This document shows positions 48,492 to 58,156 of a DNA stretch of 64,000 nt, one piece after another. The DNA comes from Thermoproteota archaeon (GTDB taxonomy: Archaea > Thermoproteota > Methanomethylicia > Methanomethylicales > Methanomethylicaceae). Position numbers and translations under genes: made by a program. The notes under the pieces are model-generated. The model was not told where the DNA came from, searched no databases, and worked only from the letters and a program-made list of their open reading frames with translations. Numbering within the stretch: the stretch's first letter is position 1; each line of letters starts with the position of its first letter. The DNA lies in assembly GCA_030055575.1 (NCBI GenBank), contig JASFYL010000001.1, positions 3,545 to 67,544 of the forward strand, given 5' to 3'.

Positions 48492-49754
48492 TCAGTAGGA
48501 TACCTTGGCAGAATCAGGGACCTTCCCCAGTATCTTCTCGGACGCCTCCTTCACCTTTTCTCGATTGCCTTCTGGGGTATAGACTCTCACTATATTCATG
48601 AACCCCTTAAGAACCTCTATTATCCTGGAGATCTTCGTTGCTTTGAGCAAATTCTTACCTGAAGAATCAGCTATGGGTATCTCCATTGGATCGAGGGAGA
48701 GCTTGTGGAAGTAGGGGATCGATGGCAGGGAAGGAGTGTCTATAAATACGCTTGAGGGGGGGATCCCCGCGATTTCAGCTATTTCTGACTCAACCTCTCT
48801 CCTTATGCCGTCTAGGCTAAAAAGACCAGAAATCGATTTGTCTTCTGCCTGGAGCTCCCTTTCGTACGCGCACTTAAGTAGTCTTCTACACTCCAGGTCC
48901 CTGATTATCTGAGAAGACTTGTCGCACCTCTTGAGCTCTGACCAGACACTGTAGTCGTCGAGCTCAAGATACTCGTCAGCTACCTTGAACCCACAGAGAC
49001 CGAGCTCCTCCTCAGCTGCCTCGAGGGCCCTAACGAGCAGGATCTGCGCTGCCCTGGCGGTCTTGTGGTAATATATCGCTCTGAAAGACTCGACCCTTGC
49101 GATCAGAAATGCCTCCAGTGCCGCGAGTGCCGAACTGTCCACCACAAGGGTGTCTTCGATCACTCCCATAGTGTAGATGAGCCTATAGATGTCTATCTTC
49201 CCGTATTCCGCGCCTGTGTGGTGAGTGTCCCGGGAAAGAAAGTCCATCTTGTCGACATCGACCGCGCTGGAGATTATCTGATTCATGAATGCCCTTGCGT
49301 TATTATCCCTCCCAACTGCAAGGTCGGCGATCTCATCCGCACTGTATCCATGCCTTGAAAGGATCTCCTTGAGCTCCGTCTCCCTTACTATCCAAGGCGT
49401 GAGGTCCTCGTGGGTCTTATTCAGCTTTCTAATGAGTATCTGCTCAAAGGTGTGGGAGAAAGGTCCGTGCCCAAGGTCATGGCAAAGCCCAGCTATCCTC
49501 ATCCTCTGTACATCGTCTTCTGTCATCTCGGTCGAGAGGGCCTTTCCCAAGAGGCCCGCCAAGTGCATGACCCCGACGGAGTGCTCGAATCTTGTATGGT
49601 TTGCACCAGGGTAGACCAAGTCTGCGAATACTAGCTGCTTGATCCTCCTTAAACGCTGGAGTGGGAGGGAATCGATGAGGTCCTTCTCCGCCTCGGTGAT
49701 GTGAATGTAACCATGAACAGGGTCCTTAATCATCCCCCAGTGCTTTGCCATCAT
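48492..49754 (-). CDS. HD-domain phosphohydrolase (dGTPase/SAMHD1-like)
   Basis: RFEHSVGV...HDLGHGPFSH are the HD motifs. Confidence 0.75.
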   Translation of the reverse strand: MMAKHWGMIKDPVHGYIHITEAEKDLIDSLPLQRLRRIKQLVFADLVYPGANHTRFEHSVGVMHLAGLLGKALSTEMTEDDVQRMRIAGLCHDLGHGPFSHTFEQILIRKLNKTHEDLTPWIVRETELKEILSRHGYSADEIADLAVGRDNNARAFMNQIISSAVDVDKMDFLSRDTHHTGAEYGKIDIYRLIYTMGVIEDTLVVDSSALAALEAFLIARVESFRAIYYHKTARAAQILLVRALEAAEEELGLCGFKVADEYLELDDYSVWSELKRCDKSSQIIRDLECRRLLKCAYERELQAEDKSISGLFSLDGIRREVESEIAEIAGIPPSSVFIDTPSLPSIPYFHKLSLDPMEIPIADSSGKNLLKATKISRIIEVLKGFMNIVRVYTPEGNREKVKEASEKILGKVPDSAKVSY

Positions 49755-49872
49755 CCATCCTCCAAAAATATCGTTCCCTCGAATCTTAACCTTTCGGTAC
49801 TGAACCTGATGCCTGAGTCCTTCTCGCTGCCGTTTTCAGCTTTTGGCTCAGTTTCTCTGACGCCCGAGCAAC

Positions 49873-50289
49873 TCATTCCTTTTTGGGTTCCGTCCTGACC
49901 TTCACCTTACCGGATCTGCCGTCGACTAAGACCCAATCCCCGCTCTTGATGTTCTCGATGGGGTCGGTGTTGAGCCTGTCGACCAGGGGGATCTCTGCGA
50001 GTATGCAGCCGGCAGCGATTATTGCCTCGGTCTCAACATTTACTATAGCTGCTGGCGCGTGCCCGTTCTTCTTCAGCTGATATATGATGTATGATCCGAC
50101 AGTGCTGCCCTTACCTCTTGGAAACACAAGCACTTTGCCCGTAAGGTCTTTTCCGAAAAGTTCATGCCCTGCCTCCTTCACCATTCCAGTCTCTGGGTCG
50201 ACCCCCCCGAAGAACGAGATACCTTGCTTGGTGACCAGTGCTTCGCCCTCGCCTAGGAACTTTGATATGCCCCTTCCCTTCAGTTCCAC
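49873..50289 (-). CDS. Aconitase X small (swivel) subunit, DUF126. Candidate phosphomevalonate dehydratase small subunit.
   Basis: 138 aa with ...FFGGVDPETG...VFPRGKGSTVGSY.... Immediately downstream of the large subunit. Confidence 0.7.
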   Translation of the reverse strand: MELKGRGISKFLGEGEALVTKQGISFFGGVDPETGMVKEAGHELFGKDLTGKVLVFPRGKGSTVGSYIIYQLKKNGHAPAAIVNVETEAIIAAGCILAEIPLVDRLNTDPIENIKSGDWVLVDGRSGKVKVRTEPKKE

Positions 50290-50291
50290 TA

Positions 50292-51503
50292 CTATCTGCC
50301 CTCCAAGACCATTTCCACAGCCTCGCTTAACTCTGCTACGGATGCCTTCAGCCCTGATGTCGAGGGAACATAGTGGGCAGCTTTACAAGAGTTGGTTACC
50401 ATGTATGCGAAACCTGATCTCTCGAGCGGGCACACGACCATGCAGGTATCCACAAAAACCTTGCCTCCTGCATCCTCGATCGCCTTGATGTACCCTCTTC
50501 TTTTTGCCTCATCTCGAACCACCTTGGAGGTCCATACCCAAAGCCCCTTCCCACTCGAGACCTTCCTCCCTCTGAGAAGAATGGAGAGCTCCTCAAGTTC
50601 GTTCAGGCTACAATGGGGGCATCCTACGCAGCACAGGTCAGCCTCATTTCCATATGACAGATAATCCCTAGAGCGTTCAAGCTCGGTCAGATCAACGCAT
50701 ATCCGCTCGAGGCAGGCCTTGTCATAACTCTCTGCCTCTGGGGTCACTCCGGGAATGTGGAACATCGCGATCCCGCCCGAAGCAGCAAGGGCTGCAGACA
50801 TGATCTTCAGCTTGTCACTTTCGGCTGCCCTAAGACCCTTAAAGAAGGGGATGCCTGCCCCGATAATCTTCCCCACTGTGTACCCAAGAAGGCTGAATTC
50901 GTAGGATGTTCTCACATACGTCTGCACTTCCACGATTACCGTCGGTGCCCTGTTCTCTTCCAGATGAAGTCCGTAGAAGGGCGTCCTCCCTGCGATAGCC
51001 GCGGCTAGCGCGGAGGGCCCTCCTTCTCTGTTAGTCCTTGCCCCGATGACTGAGTTGGCGTAGCAGACCGCAGAGGACTCTGACCATGCAATGTGATCGC
51101 CTCTCTTGGGTAGGTTCCCTGCTAGGTAAGGGGTACAGGTGCATGTAGTCTCGGCGCCCATCTTCCTGAACGCCTCGATTATACTCATCTGCTTGGACCT
51201 ATACCGCTCGTCTATTCCCATCTCGACCCACCTCTCCAAGTCCATTCCGCAGGGGTTGAGTGTAGTCAAGACTTTTACTTTTGCCCCATTCTCCGCCCAG
51301 TCCTCTAGGAACTCGAGCCCCGCCTCTCCTATGTTGCCATATGAGACTCCTGAGACCTGCGCGCTCTTGATCTTGACCATCCTGCCAGCGCCCATGACCT
51401 CTCCAACCGCCACGAGGAGCTCCATGGCTTTCCTTACGGCAGGTCCCTCTTCTCCCTTCAACATCCTTTCCTCTTCCCTGTCAAGCTCCACTCTACTCAC
51501 CAC
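50292..51503 (-). CDS. Aconitase X large subunit, DUF521. Candidate phosphomevalonate dehydratase large subunit.
   Basis: 403 aa, AcnX catalytic-domain family, with Cys-rich ...CTCTPY... and ...CVGCPHC.... Confidence 0.75.
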   Translation of the reverse strand: MVSRVELDREEERMLKGEEGPAVRKAMELLVAVGEVMGAGRMVKIKSAQVSGVSYGNIGEAGLEFLEDWAENGAKVKVLTTLNPCGMDLERWVEMGIDERYRSKQMSIIEAFRKMGAETTCTCTPYLAGNLPKRGDHIAWSESSAVCYANSVIGARTNREGGPSALAAAIAGRTPFYGLHLEENRAPTVIVEVQTYVRTSYEFSLLGYTVGKIIGAGIPFFKGLRAAESDKLKIMSAALAASGGIAMFHIPGVTPEAESYDKACLERICVDLTELERSRDYLSYGNEADLCCVGCPHCSLNELEELSILLRGRKVSSGKGLWVWTSKVVRDEAKRRGYIKAIEDAGGKVFVDTCMVVCPLERSGFAYMVTNSCKAAHYVPSTSGLKASVAELSEAVEMVLEGR

Positions 51504-51505
51504 CT

Positions 51506-52804
51506 TCAGAAAGGTATCTTCGCACGCATGAACTTCTCCCTGGGCTTATTCCATGGTATCGTTGCATCAATCCCCAGTTTAGTTGTGAGGATCCTCTCCT
51601 GATCGGAGGATGGATCCAGCGTCGAACCCCTTGCGCATCTCACAACTATGAGGTCGTCCTCTCCTTGGAACCTTGTGGCGAGTGCCCATTCCACCTCTTC
51701 TGCCTTGTTGAGGTCGATGTCCTCGTCCACCACTACCACGTGCTTCAAGCTCGGGTTCGAGCCCAATGCAGCCAATGCGGCATTTTTACCATCGCCCTCT
51801 GCCTGCTTCCTTATCGATACCACTGCATGGAACCAACAGCAGCCTCCGTTGGTTAATCTTACCCCCTTGACGCTCGGGACCGCCTTAGACACTGCTTCAT
51901 ACATCTTGGCTTCTTTTGGTATCCCCATCAAAAGCTTGTGCTCCGACCCGCCGGGTAGGATCGCTTGGTAGATGGCATCCTTCCGCCTCAGGATCCTTCG
52001 TACCTTCACTACAGGCTGCTTCCTGACGATATCATATGTCCCTGTAAGGTCTACGAAAGGCCCCTCGTCGACCACCTCGTCCTTACTGATCTCGCCCTCG
52101 AGCACAAACTCTGCCTCCGATGGCACATTTACCTCCACATCAGGGCACTTCGCGACTTTCAGGCTTCCACCCATTAGGGCATTAGATACCCACAACTCGT
52201 CCACTTTGAACTCGGGACTGGTATTGACACCAACATAGACCGCGGGGTGTGTCCCTATCACTATGGCGACTTGGAGATCCTCCCCCCTTTTAGCCGCCTC
52301 TTTGTGCATTGCGTACAGGTGCCGAGGGACTATTCTTATGGCTAGCTTGTCTTTACCGAGCACCAGGAGCCTGTGTATCGAGGCATTCTGGAAGCTCCCG
52401 TCAGCGCTCCTGGCTACGACTATGCCGGAAGTTATGTATCTGCCAGGATCCTTCTCATAGTGCCTCAGCACGGGCAATCTGTCTAGAGAGGGTGGTTCGG
52501 AGACCTCCACGAAAGAGGCTTCCTCGGAAACCTTAGGCGGTGTGGGGTTCTTGACTGCCCAGGAGAGTCTCGCGCAATAGGTATCTCGGTCAGCGCCGAT
52601 CGCCCTGTATATCCTCTCCCTCGTGCCACAGACTCCAGAGACCGCCTTGCATTCATGACCTTTTAGCCTCTCGAATATGACAATTGGACCGCCGTCGTAT
52701 TTCTCCATGAGCGAGGCGGCCTCGAACTCAGTAGACGTCTCCCTGTCCACTTCTACAACTTCCCCTCTTACGATCTCCTCACCGATGAACTCCCTCAAAC
52801 TCAA
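51506..52804 (-). CDS. UbiD-family decarboxylase. Candidate anhydromevalonate-phosphate decarboxylase.
   Basis: 432 aa UbiD fold (...IVPRHLYAMHK...). Co-oriented and contiguous with the AcnX genes. Confidence 0.7.
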   Translation of the reverse strand: MSLREFIGEEIVRGEVVEVDRETSTEFEAASLMEKYDGGPIVIFERLKGHECKAVSGVCGTRERIYRAIGADRDTYCARLSWAVKNPTPPKVSEEASFVEVSEPPSLDRLPVLRHYEKDPGRYITSGIVVARSADGSFQNASIHRLLVLGKDKLAIRIVPRHLYAMHKEAAKRGEDLQVAIVIGTHPAVYVGVNTSPEFKVDELWVSNALMGGSLKVAKCPDVEVNVPSEAEFVLEGEISKDEVVDEGPFVDLTGTYDIVRKQPVVKVRRILRRKDAIYQAILPGGSEHKLLMGIPKEAKMYEAVSKAVPSVKGVRLTNGGCCWFHAVVSIRKQAEGDGKNAALAALGSNPSLKHVVVVDEDIDLNKAEEVEWALATRFQGEDDLIVVRCARGSTLDPSSDQERILTTKLGIDATIPWNKPREKFMRAKIPF

Positions 52805-52978
52805 GCATGAATCACCAAGAGCTGATATTGATCACTTTAATCAGGCTAAATCCTTTTTGTACATGCTTTTCCCTGAGCTCTTCCTTCCATCTCCGGAGCA
52901 ATCCTCCTCTTCCAAAGTCCCGGCAGCTTTCTCTACATCCCGCCGGCACCGTTAAATCGCCCACCCTATTCTTAAGGA

Positions 52979-54943
52979 TTGGAGCAGTTCACATCGATGA
53001 CTGGGTGGAGATACTTCCCGTACCCATCATTCAAACCTAATCAAGAAGAACTTCTCAAAGTGGTGTCCTCGGCGATTAAACAGAGGAAGCACGCGATAGT
53101 TGACGGTGCGAGCGGCTTGGGCAAGACGGCCGGCTCACTTGCAGGTGCCCTCAATGCGTGCAAGCCATCAGGGCTCCGCATCCTTTACGCTGCGAGGACT
53201 TACAAAGAACTCGACAGAGTCGTCGAGGAACTACAAGAGATAAGCAGAAAAGAAAAAGTCACCGGCATCTCCCTCAGGGGGAGGGCTGAGATGTGCGTTA
53301 ACGAGGCCGTCCTGCGGCTTTCACGGGATCCTAGAACCGTTTCGGAGCTATGCTCGGATCTGGTGAAAAGCAGAAAATGCCCTTATCACATGAACATTGA
53401 GCAGGAAGGGCGTTCCGTCAGATACTTGGTGGAAGAGTTTCTTAGCTCTCCGACGGCTGCATACGACCTGATTTCCAAGTCGAAAGACAATGAGCTCTGC
53501 CCATACGAGATGACCAAGCTCCTACTACCTCATGTTGAAGTCATCGCGTTGAGTTATGCGTACCTGTTCAACAGGGATATACGCGATGCCTTTGTTAAGC
53601 GGCTTGGGCAGTCTATCTCCCAATATGTTCTCATCCTCGACGAGGCGCATAACCTCCCTGACACGGTGAACGAATATGAGAGCGATAGGATTTCGGTCAA
53701 TTCGTTGATACATGCTTCGCGTGAGGCAGACAACTACGGCAAGGCAGACATAGTGAGGTTCGCAGAAGCCCTCCTATCGATGATAGAAAACAAGGGCTTC
53801 GGGGAACATGTGGTCAACCTGCAGTCCATAGCAGATGATGCTATCAAATCAGCTAGAATACGCGACCCGCTGCCTATTTTCCTCGAGGAGGTCTACTCCT
53901 TCGGGGAACGTATAAAGATGGACCTTCTCTCGAAGGGGAAGATCCCGAGATCCTATATCCGAAGGATTGGCGAGTTCTTCCTGAAGGCATACGAGACCTC
54001 AGAAAAGAAGGAGTTTGTGCACATACTCCACAGCGAGGAAGGAGAGGGGGCCAAGACAGTGGAGATCGTCTCCTTAGATCCCAGAACTGCCACGTCTGAA
54101 GTCCTGGAGAGTGTGGCTGCTTCTATTAGCATGTCTGGTACACTCGAGGAGATGGTCTCGTATGCCGAAGTGATGGGTCTGCCGGCGGATTCATTGAAGG
54201 TCACATTACCATCACCATTTGGTAGGGAACAGACGTTGGTTCTGGTCTGTAAGGGTGTGTCCACCCTATACGAGAGGCGCGGTGCTGAGTCGTATTCAGC
54301 GATGGTATCGAAGATAGAGGAGGTGGTCTCAAACACGCCGGGGAACACAGGCGTCTTCTGTTCGTCGTACAATGTGATGGAGGGACTAATCGGCGCGGGG
54401 CTGGAGGAAGCTTTGGCTAAGCCCCTCTATGTCGAGCAGCAGAAGGCACGGTCGGTAGATCAAGATCGGCTAATCAGCGAGTTCAAAGCTATGGGGGATG
54501 GTGGTGGCGCGGTGTTGCTTGGCGTCGTCGGGGGTCGGTTTAGCGAAGGAGAGGACTACCCTGGAAACGAGATGAACACGGTGGTGATAGTAGGAGTGCC
54601 TTACCCAAGGCCGACTGCAAAGATCAATGCACAGATAAACTATTACGAGTCGATCTTCCCTGGCAAGGGGAGGGAGTATGCCTACACTATACCAGCCATG
54701 CGGAAGGCTTCGCAGGCTGCTGGTAGGCCATTTAGAAACCTCAGCGACAGAGGAGTAGTAGTATTTATGGATTACCGCTTCGCCTCGCCAAACCTGAGGC
54801 GATTGCTGCCCAGTTGGATTAGGGACAGGATAATTTCCGTAGAGGACAAAAAGGAATACTTGGGGGAATTGGTGAGTAGGTTCTACTCTGGGATGAGCGC
54901 ATCCGAGGTTAGCTCAAGCAGGCGGAGTACCTCTACTGCCTGA
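52979..54943 (+). CDS. xpd: XPD/Rad3-family 5'-3' DNA helicase (Fe-S)
   Basis: Walker A DGASGLGKT, four Fe-S cysteines (C...C...C...C in 53290-53520), and DEAH-like LILDEAHNL. Confidence 0.85.
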   Translation: MEQFTSMTGWRYFPYPSFKPNQEELLKVVSSAIKQRKHAIVDGASGLGKTAGSLAGALNACKPSGLRILYAARTYKELDRVVEELQEISRKEKVTGISLRGRAEMCVNEAVLRLSRDPRTVSELCSDLVKSRKCPYHMNIEQEGRSVRYLVEEFLSSPTAAYDLISKSKDNELCPYEMTKLLLPHVEVIALSYAYLFNRDIRDAFVKRLGQSISQYVLILDEAHNLPDTVNEYESDRISVNSLIHASREADNYGKADIVRFAEALLSMIENKGFGEHVVNLQSIADDAIKSARIRDPLPIFLEEVYSFGERIKMDLLSKGKIPRSYIRRIGEFFLKAYETSEKKEFVHILHSEEGEGAKTVEIVSLDPRTATSEVLESVAASISMSGTLEEMVSYAEVMGLPADSLKVTLPSPFGREQTLVLVCKGVSTLYERRGAESYSAMVSKIEEVVSNTPGNTGVFCSSYNVMEGLIGAGLEEALAKPLYVEQQKARSVDQDRLISEFKAMGDGGGAVLLGVVGGRFSEGEDYPGNEMNTVVIVGVPYPRPTAKINAQINYYESIFPGKGREYAYTIPAMRKASQAAGRPFRNLSDRGVVVFMDYRFASPNLRRLLPSWIRDRIISVEDKKEYLGELVSRFYSGMSASEVSSSRRSTSTA

Positions 54944-54972
54944 AGAAAACATCAAAAAGGAGATGATGTTGA

Positions 54973-55686
54973 ATGGTTCACTTGAGGAGTACTGAACTGA
55001 TGCACAACGCGCCTTTACCAACAGGCTGCAGAACCTTGGACGCGCTCCTTGATGGGGGACTGCGCCTGGGGGAGATTCTGTTAGTCTTTGGGGAAAGGGG
55101 TTCGGGGAAGACCTCGCTAGCTCTCCAAGTCTCTTCAGTGGCGGCATCGCTTGGGATGGGGAGCGTTATTATATACTCTGAGGGCAGATTTCCGATTCGT
55201 CGCCTCTCCGATATCGCTGGCTCCGATTGGACCAACCTAAGCGAAAGGATATGGGTATTGGAGGTGAAGCACTTTGAGCACCAAGACTCGATAGTCGAAG
55301 GACTGGAGTCAGAGCTCCCTGGTGGAGTGCGACTATTGGTTTTTGATTCGATAACTGGGCAGTACAGAGCAGGGCTAGGCGAGCATAACGAGAACATAAT
55401 AGTGAACAAGATGCTGAACAGACAGCTGGCGATCATCAAGGATGTCTCAGCTAGGCTTGGTCTGGCAGTTCTGATTACCAGCGAGGTCAAGGATATCCCG
55501 GACGGTAGCGGAACGGCGCCCGTCGCCTCCACGATCCTGACCTATTGGTCCGAGAGAGTATTGAAACTGGAGAGAGTCTATGGGGCGATCAGGAAGGCTT
55601 CCGCCCTCCGACCTGAACCAGTAAGGGAAGCATTAATGATGCTGACATCAAGAGGATTCATAGCGGCAAGTGATGGAAATGGATGA
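54973..55686 (+). CDS. radB: RadB (archaeal RecA/RadA paralog)
   Basis: ~230 aa with Walker A GERGSGKTSLAL and a RecA core, but no N-terminal HhH domain. Confidence 0.7.
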   Translation: MVHLRSTELMHNAPLPTGCRTLDALLDGGLRLGEILLVFGERGSGKTSLALQVSSVAASLGMGSVIIYSEGRFPIRRLSDIAGSDWTNLSERIWVLEVKHFEHQDSIVEGLESELPGGVRLLVFDSITGQYRAGLGEHNENIIVNKMLNRQLAIIKDVSARLGLAVLITSEVKDIPDGSGTAPVASTILTYWSERVLKLERVYGAIRKASALRPEPVREALMMLTSRGFIAASDGNG

Positions 55687-56161
55687 CTTCATAGGCTTGG
55701 CTTTCTCTTCGATGGTGATTATAATGCCCGCATTCATAGCCAACTCAGTGCCAGTACTCGCGAGGGGCAAGCGCCCGGTGGATTTGGGAAGGTATATGGG
55801 CGATGGTAGGCGGGTGCTTGGAGACGGGAAAACATTTGAGGGATTCTTCGCAGGATTGGGGGTGGGGACGCTTTCGGGCGCCCTGTTTGGATACCCATTG
55901 CACTCTTTTCTCCTCTCTCTCGGAGCCCTCTTTGGTGACATGCTGGGTGCCTTCATCAAGAGGAGGATCGGGATAGAGAGGGGAAAGCCTGCCCCCATTC
56001 TAGACCAGCTTGATTTTGTTGCCGGAGCGATACTCTTTCTTTATCCAATATACCGTGTGACTCCTGAGCAAGTGTTGTTTATAGTTATCGCCACCCCTCC
56101 AATCCATCTGCTAACCAACTATGTCGCATACAGGCTGGGGCTCAAGAGATATCCTTGGTGA
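55670..56161 (+). CDS. carS: CDP-archaeol synthase (CarS, DUF46)
   Basis: 163 aa membrane protein with ...PVDLGRYMGDGRRVLGDGKTFEG.... Confidence 0.8.
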   Translation: MMEMDDFIGLAFSSMVIIMPAFIANSVPVLARGKRPVDLGRYMGDGRRVLGDGKTFEGFFAGLGVGTLSGALFGYPLHSFLLSLGALFGDMLGAFIKRRIGIERGKPAPILDQLDFVAGAILFLYPIYRVTPEQVLFIVIATPPIHLLTNYVAYRLGLKRYPW

Positions 56162-56409
56162 ACCCTGGCGCATTGCCACCAGTCTTTCCATCTCGAGCCA
56201 GAAAAGTCTACGATACTACTAGATAGGAATTTGCGGCAGAAAAGTAGTCAATTTAGAGGCTACTAAAGACTGGATTAAGTGGTAAAGCGCCCTTGAAACC
56301 GTTATTCTTGACTAAGAGAGCAAATTTGGAAAAAGAACAGAACTCTATATCCTTTGTATGGAGCATAAAAGCGCCCCCTGAGCACCTATCTTAGATATGC
56401 GTAGAAAGA

Positions 56410-56760
56410 TCAGTAGAGCTTTACCCTCAGGAGGTACTCGAGCAGGAAGATCGAGATAATAAGCATAATAGTTCCGACAACGAACTTCAACTTTGATCCT
56501 TCGATGTCGAATGACCTCCTCAACGCCCTCTCAAGTGTGAAGAACCCGATCATCCCTCCAAGTGTTATGAAGAACACAACGAAGAACTCTGTGGATGTCT
56601 GGCTGTTGTATGATCTTACTAGGAAGCTTGTCCCGGTGCCCGTGGAGACCATAGTGCCGGGCTCTATGACAATAAGGTAAATCCCCCCACTCGTCAGGAA
56701 AATTGTGAATAATGCCATGAGGTAAGAGAGGTTCTTCCACGATAAGAGATCCCTGTTCAA
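56410..56760 (-). CDS. Hypothetical membrane protein (3 TM helices)
   Basis: Hydrophobic profile only. Confidence 0.3.
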   Translation of the reverse strand: MNRDLLSWKNLSYLMALFTIFLTSGGIYLIVIEPGTMVSTGTGTSFLVRSYNSQTSTEFFVVFFITLGGMIGFFTLERALRRSFDIEGSKLKFVVGTIMLIISIFLLEYLLRVKLY

Positions 56761-56905
56761 TAGATTCCACCGTCTTAAAAGAGGAATCCTTGCACTCTTA
56801 TTCTTAGCGGTTTGGATTTATACATTATCTATGTACATTATTAAAAAACTATCATCTATGCGTTATACATCCATAAATTACATATACAGCCTGGGTCTTT
56901 GAGTA

Positions 56906-58156
56906 ATGGAGGCGTCTGAAATTCACCCCTCCAAAGACATACTCTGCTTAAGCAGCAGACTCATAGAGGGCAAGAAGGTAGCGATGGGAGTCTGTGGTAG
57001 TGTTGCTTGCATCAAATCCCCGGAGATTGCACGGGGGCTGATGCGTCATGGGGGGGACGTCTGGGTTGTTATGACGAAGGCAGCTCAAGAGCTTATCTCC
57101 CCCGCTCTGATGGAATGGGCTACGGGAAATCCAGTGGTGACCGATCTCACGGGAAAGATAGAACATGTCGCTCTTGGGAAAGGGGGTGAGTGCGGGGCTG
57201 ATGTCGTCTTGATTTCCCCAGCAACTGCAAACACGATAAGCAAGATTGCTTGCGGTATAGACGACACCCCGGTGACCTCACTCGCAACCACAGCGATCGG
57301 TTCAGGCGTGCCCGTCTTGGTCGCCCCTGCAATGCACGTAAGCATGCTTCACCATCCTGCCGTACAAGAAAATGTCAAAAAACTTTCGGCTATGGGCGTG
57401 CGAGTGTTACTTCCACATGTGGACGAGGGCAAAGCGAAGCTCATATCAGAGGAGGACATAGTAGAAGAGGTGATTGCGACCCTTCGTCCGAAGGATATGA
57501 CTGGGCTAAGAGTTCTCGTCACTTCAGGACCGACACGATCTTACATGGACAGTATCCGTTTTATAACAAACTCCAGTTCTGGGAAGATGGGGGTAGCCTT
57601 TGCAAAGGAGGCTACTGCGCGTGGTGCTGATGTCACCCTTGTGAGCGGTCCTGTGGATGTTCCACGCCTTAGGGCCAAGGTAATAAAGGTGACTTCCACG
57701 AATGAGATGATGCATGCAGTGCTGGAGGAGCTTTCCTCCACCAAATACGACTTGGCGGTGATGGCTGCTGCACCCCTTGATTTTGATGTCGCTGAATCCA
57801 CACGAGGAAAGCTCTCGAGCGATTCTCCTGTGACCCTCAGGCTTATCCCTGCCCCCAAGATCCTGGCTGAGGCAAAGAGAACCTCACCTGAGACGTGTGT
57901 GATCGGGTTCAAGGCCGAATTCGGTCTCGATGTTGAGGCACTGATCTCTAAGGCAAAAGCCAGGCTAGAGGGCTCTGGATGTGACATGATAGTGGCGAAC
58001 GACCTCTCCTCTCCGGACAGGGGATTCGCGTCGGATACAGACGAGGCCTATGTGCTCTCTAAAGACGGATCCTGCATCCACATACCCCTCAAGCACAAGA
58101 GGGAATTAGCCAGCCAAATACTCGACTTATTCCTCGAGAGGAGGGGGGATGCTTGA
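56906..58156 (+). CDS. coaBC: Bifunctional phosphopantothenoylcysteine decarboxylase / phosphopantothenate-cysteine ligase (CoaBC)
   Basis: N-terminal flavoprotein domain (VAMGVCGSVACIK) plus C-terminal DFP/CoaB domain. Confidence 0.85.
   Translation: MEASEIHPSKDILCLSSRLIEGKKVAMGVCGSVACIKSPEIARGLMRHGGDVWVVMTKAAQELISPALMEWATGNPVVTDLTGKIEHVALGKGGECGADVVLISPATANTISKIACGIDDTPVTSLATTAIGSGVPVLVAPAMHVSMLHHPAVQENVKKLSAMGVRVLLPHVDEGKAKLISEEDIVEEVIATLRPKDMTGLRVLVTSGPTRSYMDSIRFITNSSSGKMGVAFAKEATARGADVTLVSGPVDVPRLRAKVIKVTSTNEMMHAVLEELSSTKYDLAVMAAAPLDFDVAESTRGKLSSDSPVTLRLIPAPKILAEAKRTSPETCVIGFKAEFGLDVEALISKAKARLEGSGCDMIVANDLSSPDRGFASDTDEAYVLSKDGSCIHIPLKHKRELASQILDLFLERRGDA

Noticed and set aside
57007-57990. 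Multiple ORFs on both strands inside coaBC (e.g. 57250-57630 +, 57541-57987 -)
   Set aside because: Alternative-frame and antisense ORFs within a high-confidence gene.
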